Positions 51,465 to 59,052 of a stretch of DNA of 64,000 bases are shown in pieces. The DNA lies in assembly GCA_007376135.1 (NCBI GenBank), contig VMFR01000001.1, forward strand, positions 379,016-443,015, given 5' to 3'. Numbering within the stretch: position 1 is the first letter of the stretch; the number at the start of each line of letters is the position of its first letter. This DNA comes from Parcubacteria group bacterium Gr01-1014_31. GTDB taxonomy: Bacteria > Patescibacteriota > Patescibacteriia > Buchananbacterales > GWA2-38-13. A program made the translations under genes and the position numbers. The notes beneath the pieces are model-generated. The model saw only the letters and a list, made by a program, of their open reading frames with translations, did no database searches and was not told the origin of the DNA.

Positions 51465-52133
51465 CTACTGCGGTCGCGGATAACCGCTGACGCGCAGCGT
51501 TCCCGCGTCGATCTGCAATCCGGTAATGACATACGCGGCGTTCCATTGCCCCGCGTACTGCGACAGTATCGGCTCAAGTATTGGACGCGCCACGGCGTCC
51601 GCCGCGACGGAAGGCAATACCCCGACGCGGATATCCTGAAGACTGACCACCATGCCCTGCCCCTCAAGACGCGGCACCACCCGGACTTCAATAGGTAATG
51701 AGGCTTGGCCGACCAGGGTGGCGGAGACCAGCGCGGCACCCTGCAGGAAACGAACCGCGGGTTCCTGCAGCTGGGGGTATGCGGCGGCGGCCGTGCGCAC
51801 CCAAACGGTTGCCTGCGCGTCCGTGAACGTCATGACCTCGTCGGCGTGCGTTTTCGGAGCCGACGTCGGGATGACCACCGTTTCCGCCGGGCGCGGCGCC
51901 CAGGGAAGCACCGTTGGCCGCTGCAGCATGCCGCTGCGCCACAGTACGATCCCGACGACCACCCATGGACCGACCAAAAAGAACGCCAGCGCCCCGTTAT
52001 ACGCGATGGCGAACGACACCCGCCGTACCGTCCAGTAGCGGCGGCGCAGCAACCGCAACGCCGCCTCAGCGTCGTGCAGCGACGGCGCGCGGCGCGGCAG
52101 ATCGTGCCGGGGTTTGGGTTTAATCGTTGCCAT
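51465..52133 (-). CDS. Membrane-anchored protein, TULIP/LmeA-like beta-rich C-terminus
   Basis: One TM followed by beta-rich domain ending ITGLQIDAGTLRVSG. Confidence 0.6.
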   Translation of the reverse strand: MATIKPKPRHDLPRRAPSLHDAEAALRLLRRRYWTVRRVSFAIAYNGALAFFLVGPWVVVGIVLWRSGMLQRPTVLPWAPRPAETVVIPTSAPKTHADEVMTFTDAQATVWVRTAAAAYPQLQEPAVRFLQGAALVSATLVGQASLPIEVRVVPRLEGQGMVVSLQDIRVGVLPSVAADAVARPILEPILSQYAGQWNAAYVITGLQIDAGTLRVSGYPRPQ

Positions 52134-52563
52134 CGGGAGCAGTGAACGAAAAACGCTCGAGCGCCCGCGTGAACTCCTGAGTGGCCGACCTGCGAGCATC
52201 GGCATCGCCGGAACGCTGGGCCTCCTTGAGCGCGGTGGCCGCGATGACGAGATCCAAATGCGGCTGACGGAAACGGCTCGGGACCGTGATATCCATCAGG
52301 CGCTGCTGCATCGCGCCATACTCCGGCGGACGCTCTCCATCATTCCAACCGGCGATGGCCGCCCGCACCTCGTCGCGATACCGGATCTCCGCCGCCAGCA
52401 ACACCGCACTGGAGGTTGCCGTCTCGGTGCCGCCGGAGTTCCCAGGGATGGCCGGAACCGCCGGGGATGCGCCCCGCTGGGCCACGAACACCACCGCCAC
52501 CCCCCCGGCGATGATCACGCCGACCCCGAGCCATTGGATCAACCATTTTGGTGCCTGCGGCAT
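52120..52563 (-). CDS. Hypothetical membrane-anchored protein
   Basis: N-terminal TM, ATSS linker, ITVPSRFRQPHLDLVIA. Confidence 0.65.
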   Translation of the reverse strand: MPQAPKWLIQWLGVGVIIAGGVAVVFVAQRGASPAVPAIPGNSGGTETATSSAVLLAAEIRYRDEVRAAIAGWNDGERPPEYGAMQQRLMDITVPSRFRQPHLDLVIAATALKEAQRSGDADARRSATQEFTRALERFSFTAPDGND

Positions 52564-52569
52564 ACGGAC

Positions 52570-52905
52570 CTACGCCAGCGTATCCAGGGCATCGCCGCGC
52601 ATCTCCACCCAGCGGCTCCCCGGAGCGTCCCATCGGTAGGCGGCGAAACGGTGCACCCGTTCGTGCTCATCGTACTGGTGAACGACGGTCACGTCGCTGC
52701 CGATGCGCTTGGACGCGAACGCACGGGTTTCCAGCTTCAATGGCTCGTCGCTCCACTCCAGGCGCATCCGGCCCGCGGGGGTCGCAAATTCCAACACCTC
52801 CAGCGTTCCGGGCCCGCCATGCGGCATCGGGTCCTGGCGTTCGGCAAGCACGGTGAATTTATCCTTCACCATACCTTTGACGTCTTCCCAGCGTTCCGGG
52901 CTCAT
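52570..52905 (-). CDS. Conserved hypothetical protein
   Basis: Plausible globular 111-aa ORF in operon context; TATACT 8 nt before ATG. Confidence 0.7.
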   Translation of the reverse strand: MSPERWEDVKGMVKDKFTVLAERQDPMPHGGPGTLEVLEFATPAGRMRLEWSDEPLKLETRAFASKRIGSDVTVVHQYDEHERVHRFAAYRWDAPGSRWVEMRGDALDTLA

Positions 52906-53474
52906 ACGCGGGCAGTATACCGTGGAACGACGGAATCGGCCACGTGGCCGGGCGGCGAACGCCGACGTGAACCGCGCCGCCGTGCCGCGGAACGGGAACG
53001 CGCACGGAAGACCGCCCCGACCTGCTGCGCGGGCAAAGAAAGATACGCGGCCGCTGCGGCCAATATTTTCCTCCCCCCCGGATAATAGAGCCGAACTTTG
53101 GCGTCATCGGCATCCACCCAGGCAAATCCAAGATGCTCGTGCGAAACCGCGATCGGCGCGTCGCGCGTCAATTCGCCCAGATAGAAGATCGCCAGCTTGG
53201 TAACGAGTTCAGGCTTGCCGAGCGCGTCATGCCCCCGGAAACGGTAACGATACGTGGCGCGGAAACGAGGCCGCAGCGAAACGGCATCGCGCGGAATGGC
53301 CGTCTCTTCGCGCAGCTCGCGGAAGGCCGTCATCAATTCTTTCCCAGCTTCCCCGGCCTCGATGCGCCCTTTGGGAAAATTCCAATACGGTCCGCGATGG
53401 TGCAGTAGCAAAAACAACGGCCCGTTGGGGGTGCGGCGGTATACTACGACGCCGATGGTCTTGACGAGGGACAT
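52902..53474 (-). CDS. Nudix hydrolase (Ap4A hydrolase-like)
   Basis: WNFPKGRIEAGE...TAFRELREET Nudix box, SHEH. Confidence 0.85.
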   Translation of the reverse strand: MSLVKTIGVVVYRRTPNGPLFLLLHHRGPYWNFPKGRIEAGEAGKELMTAFRELREETAIPRDAVSLRPRFRATYRYRFRGHDALGKPELVTKLAIFYLGELTRDAPIAVSHEHLGFAWVDADDAKVRLYYPGGRKILAAAAAYLSLPAQQVGAVFRARSRSAARRRGSRRRSPPGHVADSVVPRYTARV

Positions 53475-53475
53475 A

Positions 53476-53575
53476 GAAAAAACGCAAAGCGTAAAGCGTA
53501 AAATGCAAAGCAATGGAAAATTCTTTTTTCGACCGTTATTTTTCGTTTTGCACTTTACGTTTTGCGCTTTCTAAA
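53476..53575. repeat. 7-nt-periodic inverted repeat element (AAAGCGY / RCGTTTT), overlapping rarA 3' end
   Basis: aacgcaaagcgtaaagcgtaaaatgcaaa ... ttttgcactttacgttttgcgcttt. Confidence 0.75.
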
Positions 53576-54828
53576 TACCTCCTCCCTCTCAAACTCGGCG
53601 GCAGGTACTCTTGTGTTTCCTGCCAGTCGTGGTCCGGGGAATACTGGTAGCCCTTGCCGTAACCGACCTCGCGCATCAGGCCCGTGGAAGCATTCCGCAA
53701 ATGCAGCGGCACCGGCTCGTTGACCGTGGTTCTCACATCCTGTTTGACCTGGCCGTAGGCGCGGTAGACTTCGACGGACTTGGGCGAACGGGCGAGGTAG
53801 ACGGCGCACTGGGCCAGGATGACGTCGCACTCCGGCATGCCAATGACCTGGCAGGCCTGATAGCACGCCAAGGCCTGCGGCAGCGCTGCGGGGTTGGCCA
53901 GCCCGATATCCTCCACGCTCATCCGGATGAGCCTTCGGGCCACGTACAACGGATCTTCGCCCGCTTCCACCATCCGGCCCAGCCAATAGAGCGCGGCATC
54001 GGCATCCCCGCCGCGGACCGACTTATGCAGCGCCGAAATGATATTGTAGTGCTCCTCGCCCGCCCGGTCGTACATCAGGTGGGTCCGCTGCAGCGCTTCC
54101 TTAATGAGGGCAACCGTCAGCGTCGCCGCATCGCCGGTTTTTTTGGCCTGTGTGCGCACCGCCAGCTCCAAGGCGTTGAGCGCCACCCGCGCATCGCCGG
54201 ACGCCAGGGTGGAAAGCATGGTAATGGCCTGGGGCTGGGCGGTAATTCGGTATTCGCCCAGCCCGCGCTCCCGGTCAGCGATCGCGCGCAGCAGAATACG
54301 GGAAAGCGCGTCCACGGTCAGCTGCTCGAAGACAAAAACCCGGCTGCGCGACAGCAGCGCCGCGTTAACCTCAAAGGATGGGTTCTCGGTGGTCGCCCCG
54401 ATCAGCGTGATCACTCCCCGCTCCACGTACGGCAGAAGCGCATCCTGCTGGGATTTGTTCCAGCGGTGGATCTCATCCAAAAAAAGCACGGTTCTTTCAC
54501 CGTGCAGCTTGCGCCGCTCTTCGGCCTGCGCGACGACCTCCCGCAGCTCCTTCATCCCGGAGGTGACAGCGGAAAACTGTACGAACACCGAGCTGGTCAG
54601 GCGCGCGATGACCGACGCCAGCGTCGTTTTGCCCGACCCCGGCGGACCCCAAAAGATCATAGACGGCAGCTGGTCGGAAACGATCGCCTGCCGCAACAAC
54701 TTCCCCGGGCCGACGATATTCGCCTGCCCCTCGAATTCCTCCAAGGTCTGCGGCCGCACGCGGTCGGCCAGCGGCCCGTGTGCCTTGAGGTCCTGTTCGA
54801 GTTTATGTGTGAACAAGTCGTTGGGCAT
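53536..54828 (-). CDS. rarA: Replication-associated recombination protein A (MgsA/RarA)
   Basis: PLADRVRP, WGPPGSGKT, DEIHRWNK, GATTENPSF, YNIISALHKS, VPLHLRNA. Confidence 0.95.
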   Translation of the reverse strand: MPNDLFTHKLEQDLKAHGPLADRVRPQTLEEFEGQANIVGPGKLLRQAIVSDQLPSMIFWGPPGSGKTTLASVIARLTSSVFVQFSAVTSGMKELREVVAQAEERRKLHGERTVLFLDEIHRWNKSQQDALLPYVERGVITLIGATTENPSFEVNAALLSRSRVFVFEQLTVDALSRILLRAIADRERGLGEYRITAQPQAITMLSTLASGDARVALNALELAVRTQAKKTGDAATLTVALIKEALQRTHLMYDRAGEEHYNIISALHKSVRGGDADAALYWLGRMVEAGEDPLYVARRLIRMSVEDIGLANPAALPQALACYQACQVIGMPECDVILAQCAVYLARSPKSVEVYRAYGQVKQDVRTTVNEPVPLHLRNASTGLMREVGYGKGYQYSPDHDWQETQEYLPPSLRGRRYLESAKRKVQNEK

Positions 54829-54913
54829 AGCCAGGGTTCTGCGGCTCAATTCTACGCCAATTTTGTTCCCTCCGCTACCAAAAAAGAAGCCCGCGGGAAC
54901 ACCGTGGGCTTCA

Positions 54914-55612
54914 TCAGCGGCCACCAAAGCGACGCTGACGTTCGGCATAGGCGGCCAAGATCTGGTCCAGCTCGGCCTCGGAAAAATCGGGCCACAACGT
55001 CGGGGTAAAGTACAGCTCACTGTACACCGCCTGGAAGGTCAGGAACCCGGACGTGCGCAGCTCGCCGGAGGTACGCACGATCAGGTCGGGGTCAGGAACC
55101 CCGCTGGTCCACAAATGGGCGGCGACCGTTTCTTCGGTCACCTGGTCGGCGGGAATGCCCGCGCGGATGATTTCCTGCACGGCCGCAACGATCTCGGCGC
55201 GGCCGCCGTAGTCAAGCGCGATCTGCAGTAGCAGATCTCCGGCATCGGCCGTGTGCGCTTCCGCAGCGGTAATCAGGGACACCAGGTCCGGCGGCAGCTT
55301 GGCGTTCCTACGCCCGATGACGCGCAAACGCACGCCTTCCCGCTGCAGCTCCGGCAGGTCGCGCCCCAGCGCCAGGCGGTTAAGGTCCATCAGGTAGCTG
55401 ACTTCTGCCGCGGGACGGCGCCAGTTCTCGGTCGAGAACGCGTAGACGGTCACGACTTTGATGCCGCGACGTTTACACCAGCGCGCGAGGTCCTTGACCT
55501 TTTCGTAGCCACGACGGTGGCCTTCCAGCTGCGGTACATGGTGGGCTTTGGCCCACCGACCATTCCCGTCGATGATGAAACCAACGTGGACGGGTAAAGT
55601 TTTGGACTCCAT
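54914..55612 (-). CDS. uppS: Undecaprenyl diphosphate synthase
   Basis: HVGFIIDGNGRWA, YAFSTENW, YGGRAEI, PDLIVRTSGELRTSGF, RRFGG. Confidence 0.95.
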   Translation of the reverse strand: MESKTLPVHVGFIIDGNGRWAKAHHVPQLEGHRRGYEKVKDLARWCKRRGIKVVTVYAFSTENWRRPAAEVSYLMDLNRLALGRDLPELQREGVRLRVIGRRNAKLPPDLVSLITAAEAHTADAGDLLLQIALDYGGRAEIVAAVQEIIRAGIPADQVTEETVAAHLWTSGVPDPDLIVRTSGELRTSGFLTFQAVYSELYFTPTLWPDFSEAELDQILAAYAERQRRFGGR

Positions 55613-55710
55613 AAGCCCACTTCCTTTCAGGTGATAATTCGCTCAAAGGACGACAACGACGCTTGAGATATAAGTCTACGCTTGGGATAAATGACGGTCA
55701 AATGATAATG

Positions 55711-55739
55711 TTGACAAAATAAGTAAAATGTGCTATTAT
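55711..55739 (+). promoter_or_regulatory. Near-consensus sigma70 promoter
   Basis: TTGACA-N17-TATTAT with TG extension. Confidence 0.7.
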
Positions 55740-55807
55740 TAGATAGTGTTCTTTATCATTTTTTCGCTCAACAAACCAATTTCGGCTATGCCGAGAGAGG
55801 AAGAATC

Positions 55808-56566
55808 GTGAAGAGATCAAAAACGATTGATTTCATCTTCGTGATGACGGCTATCGGCGCGGCATTGGCCACCGCCGGTCTCTACCAGCGGGAGCTGAAT
55901 TCCGAACGCCAGCGCCATCGGGCCTTGGCCCAGGAACATTCCCTGCTTGGGGAAACGCTCGAACAGTGCGGGCAGGAGTTCACGCAGTCCCAGGAAAAAC
56001 TCCTGGAAACGAGCGCCACACTGCAAGCGGCAAGCGGTGAACTCCGCCTCCGCACCGAGCAGGCCAACGGGCTGCTCGCCCGTCTGGAAGCCAGCGAACG
56101 CCTGTGCGCGCTGTTGGAATGCGAAGTGGAGCGCCTTCAGCCCATGCGCAAGGTGGCCACCATCATCGTCCACCATTCCGAAAGTCCCTTTGGGGACGTA
56201 CCGACCGTGGACGCCTGGCACCGCGAGCGCGGGTTTGCGATCGGGTACCATTACCTCATCTGCAACGGCCAAGGCGGCGGCGAGGATGGCGAGATCCAGT
56301 TCGGCCGCAACGAAGACGTCCAGGGAGCCCACGCGAAGGCAAACTACCGCAACGAGGGAACCCTGGGGGTCTGCCTGATCGGCACGGACCAATTCACGGC
56401 GGCGCAAAAAAAGTCGCTGCAGGAGCTCCTACTCCATCTGTGCCGGCGGCACGGGCTCACCCCAGGGACGGGGACCATTCAAAGGCACCATGAGCAGTGC
56501 CCGGGTCCGAACCTGGATCTAGCGGCCATTATCGCCGGAGTCCAGGGCCATCTGGCCCGCAATTGA
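55808..56566 (+). CDS. N-acetylmuramoyl-L-alanine amidase (Amidase_2/T7-lysozyme type) with N-terminal TM and coiled-coil stalk
   Basis: IIVHHS, IGYHYLI, GAHAK, GVCLIG, HHEQCPG Zn ligands; GTG start after GAGAGG. Confidence 0.85.
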   Translation: MKRSKTIDFIFVMTAIGAALATAGLYQRELNSERQRHRALAQEHSLLGETLEQCGQEFTQSQEKLLETSATLQAASGELRLRTEQANGLLARLEASERLCALLECEVERLQPMRKVATIIVHHSESPFGDVPTVDAWHRERGFAIGYHYLICNGQGGGEDGEIQFGRNEDVQGAHAKANYRNEGTLGVCLIGTDQFTAAQKKSLQELLLHLCRRHGLTPGTGTIQRHHEQCPGPNLDLAAIIAGVQGHLARN

Positions 56567-56627
56567 GCGAAGCTCGTTCAACACAAGTTCTTTGGAAGCC
56601 GTCTGCATCCCTGCAGGCGGCTTTCTC

Positions 56628-56656
56628 TTGTATTTGAGCGAAATATCGGTTATAGT
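56628..56656 (+). promoter_or_regulatory. Sigma70 promoter for the tRNA structure
   Basis: TTGTAT-N17-TATAGT. Confidence 0.6.
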
Positions 56657-56704
56657 GAAATCCTCCGTCGGCGCGTTGCGCCAACGGCTTCAACACCGCT
56701 TTTT

Positions 56705-57058
56705 CGGGTATTAGCGCAGCGGTAGCTCCGCCATTCGACGGGGCAGGCGGACTTGGCTTGCCCCACACCTTTCCTGAATCTTTTATCCACTCTTTTCTTT
56801 TTTCGCTCTGACTCGGGGATTAGCGCAGCGGTAGCGCGCTTGGTTCGGGACCAAGAGGCCGGGGGTTCGAATCCCCCATCCCCGAGCAAGAGCGAAAACA
56901 AAACTTCCGTTTTCTGCTCCAAAACTTAAACCCCGTTGGAAAATAAGAAAGGTGTGGGGTGAAGGACCAAGAGGCCGGGGGTTTCCCGCCACCGAAATAT
57001 TTCTTTAAAAAGATGGGCGGGATCCCGCCGCAGGCGATGACGAATCCCCCATCCCCGA
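56705..57058 (+). other. Fragmented tRNA-Pro(TGG)-like gene in four pieces enclosing an intact tRNA
   Basis: Pieces 56705-56726, 56752-56760, 56964-56983 and 57041-57058 are collinear with the inner tRNA-Pro; joined anticodon arm reads CTTGG-CT-TGG-GA-CCAAG. Confidence 0.75.
56814..56885 (+). tRNA. tRNA-Pro(CGG)
   Basis: CGGGGAT/ATCCCCG acceptor, GCGC D-stem, CTTGG-TTCGGGA-CCAAG anticodon arm, GGGGG-TTCGAAT-CCCCC T-arm; no encoded CCA. Confidence 0.95.
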
Positions 57059-57099
57059 GAGAACGGTGATTTTTCTTGGCACGACGGGCTCAACAAGGT

Positions 57100-57993
57100 A
57101 TGTCCAACCAAGGAACGCACAACACCATCCCGGTCGCCATCATCGGCACGGGCAACATCGGCAGCGACCTGCTGGTGAAGGTCCTGCGTTCCCCGTACCT
57201 GACCTGCGCAATGTTCACCGGCCAGCATCCTGACTCGCCGGGCATCGCCAGGGCGCGGGAACTCAATATCCCCACCTCGGCGGATTCCATTGCCGCCATT
57301 GAACGCGACCCTGGTTGCTGCGACATCGTGTTCGACGCGACTACCGCCGAGGCCCATCGTCGCCACGCCACGGTCCTCGCCCGCCTGAAAAAATTCGTGA
57401 TCGACATGACCCCGTCGCAAGCCGGCGGGATGTGCGTGCCGCTCCTCAATCTGGAAGACAGCCTTGCCAAACAGAACGTCAACATGGTGACGTGCGGCGG
57501 CCAGGCCAACGCCCCCATCGCGCGCGCCATCATGGCGGTGCACCCGGACATCCAGTACATGGAAGTCGTTTCCAGCATCGCCTCCAAGTCGGCCGGCATC
57601 GGCACGCGTAACAACATCGACGAGTACACGCAGACGACCAGCGACGGCATCCGCGCGCTGGCGGGCGTGCCGCAGGTGAAAACCATCATCATCCTCAACC
57701 CCGCCGACCCGCCCTACCTGATGCACAACACCCTCTACGCCGAGATCGAACGACCCGACCTGCCAGCGCTGGAACGTTCCATCAAGCACACGGTGGAAAA
57801 GATCCGGGAGTACGTGCCCGGTTTCAGATTGCTCTACGGGCCCGTGCAGGAAAGCGGGCGCGTCACCACTATCACCGAGGTGGTCGGCCGCGGGGACTAC
57901 CTGCCCGCCTACGCCGGCAACCTGGATATCATCAACTGCGCGGCCGTGGCGGTCGCCGAACGCTACGCGAAAAAAAAACTGGGGCTGCACTAA
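57100..57993 (+). CDS. mhpF: Acetaldehyde dehydrogenase (acylating), DmpF/MhpF family
   Basis: AIIGTGNIGSDL, FDATTA, NVNMVTCGGQA, GTRNNIDE, GDYLPAYAGNLDI. Confidence 0.94.
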   Translation: MSNQGTHNTIPVAIIGTGNIGSDLLVKVLRSPYLTCAMFTGQHPDSPGIARARELNIPTSADSIAAIERDPGCCDIVFDATTAEAHRRHATVLARLKKFVIDMTPSQAGGMCVPLLNLEDSLAKQNVNMVTCGGQANAPIARAIMAVHPDIQYMEVVSSIASKSAGIGTRNNIDEYTQTTSDGIRALAGVPQVKTIIILNPADPPYLMHNTLYAEIERPDLPALERSIKHTVEKIREYVPGFRLLYGPVQESGRVTTITEVVGRGDYLPAYAGNLDIINCAAVAVAERYAKKKLGLH

Positions 57994-57996
57994 CCT

Positions 57997-59043
57997 ATGG
58001 AACGCCGCATCTTCATCGTTGATTCCACGCTGCGCGACGGCTCCCACGCCGTTTCCCACCAGCTCAACGCCGACCAGGTGCGCGGCTATGCGCAGCGCGC
58101 CGAGGCCGCCAATATCCCCCTGGTGATGGTGGGCCACGGCAACGGCCTGGGCGCGTCGAGCCTACAGCTGGGCCGTTCGCTGCTCCCCGACCGCGAAATG
58201 CTGGCAATCGCCCGGCAGGAACTGAAGCGTTCCAAACTGGGGGCGTTCCTCATCCCGGGATTCGGCACCATCAAAAACGACATCGGCCCCGCCATTGACG
58301 CCGGCATCGACGCGCTGATGGTCGCCTGCCACTGCACGGAGGCCAACATCACACGCCAGCACCTCCAGTATGCCGCCAGCCGCGGGGTTACCGCCTACGG
58401 CGTGCTGATGATGACCCACATGGCAACGCCCGGCGAGCTGCTGGAGCAAGCCAAGCTGATGGAATCCTACGGCGTCCAGGGAGTGCTCCTGATGGATTCG
58501 GCCGGCGCCTACCTGCAACGCGACGTGACCGAAAAGGTCGGCACCCTCGTTGCCGGCCTGCGGACCGCGGTCGGCTTTCATCCCCACAACAACCTCGGGC
58601 TGGCGGTCGCCAATGCGGTTGCCGCCGTCGAGGCGGGCGCCAGCATCATTGATGGAACTGCGCGCGGCTTTGGCGCCGGCGCGGGCAACGTCCAACTGGA
58701 GGTCATCATCGCCGTCCTCCACCGCCTGGGCTACCCGACCGGCGTGGACCTCTATCGCCTCATGGATGCATCCGAGTACGTCGCGCGCGAGGTGATGAAA
58801 AAACCCATTGCTATCAATGCCGTGACCCTCACCAGCGGACTGGCCGGGGTGTTCTCGGGATTCGCGCCGCACGCCATCCGCGCCGCGGAACGCTTCGATG
58901 TGGACGTACGCGACATCCTGATGGAATTGGGACGCCGCAAAGCCGTCGGCGGCCAGGAAGACCTCATCTTGGACGTGGCGATGAACCTGAAACAGAAGAA
59001 AGAACAACGGCCTGAGGATTTTCAATTGGAATCCCTGTCATAA
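57997..59043 (+). CDS. mhpE: 4-hydroxy-2-oxovalerate aldolase, DmpG/MhpE family
   Basis: DSTLRDGSH, HGNGLGASS, HCTEA, DSAG, FHPHNNLG, GAGAGN, VGGQED. Confidence 0.94.
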   Translation: MERRIFIVDSTLRDGSHAVSHQLNADQVRGYAQRAEAANIPLVMVGHGNGLGASSLQLGRSLLPDREMLAIARQELKRSKLGAFLIPGFGTIKNDIGPAIDAGIDALMVACHCTEANITRQHLQYAASRGVTAYGVLMMTHMATPGELLEQAKLMESYGVQGVLLMDSAGAYLQRDVTEKVGTLVAGLRTAVGFHPHNNLGLAVANAVAAVEAGASIIDGTARGFGAGAGNVQLEVIIAVLHRLGYPTGVDLYRLMDASEYVAREVMKKPIAINAVTLTSGLAGVFSGFAPHAIRAAERFDVDVRDILMELGRRKAVGGQEDLILDVAMNLKQKKEQRPEDFQLESLS

Positions 59044-59052
59044 CTTCAGCCT

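Noticed and set aside
54829-55020. N-terminal extensions of rarA (and of gmd to 14507, the dehydrogenase to 37133, the GNAT to 20388)
   Set aside because: Overlap upstream genes or terminators; family homology starts at the later ATG
50110-56566. Prophage suggested by excisionase-like gene and amidase
   Set aside because: Intervening genes are housekeeping (rarA, uppS); no integrase, structural or holin genes
57100-59043. Aromatic catabolism (meta-cleavage) operon
   Set aside because: No ring-cleavage dioxygenase, hydrolase or hydratase nearby; neighbours are sugar-modifying enzymes
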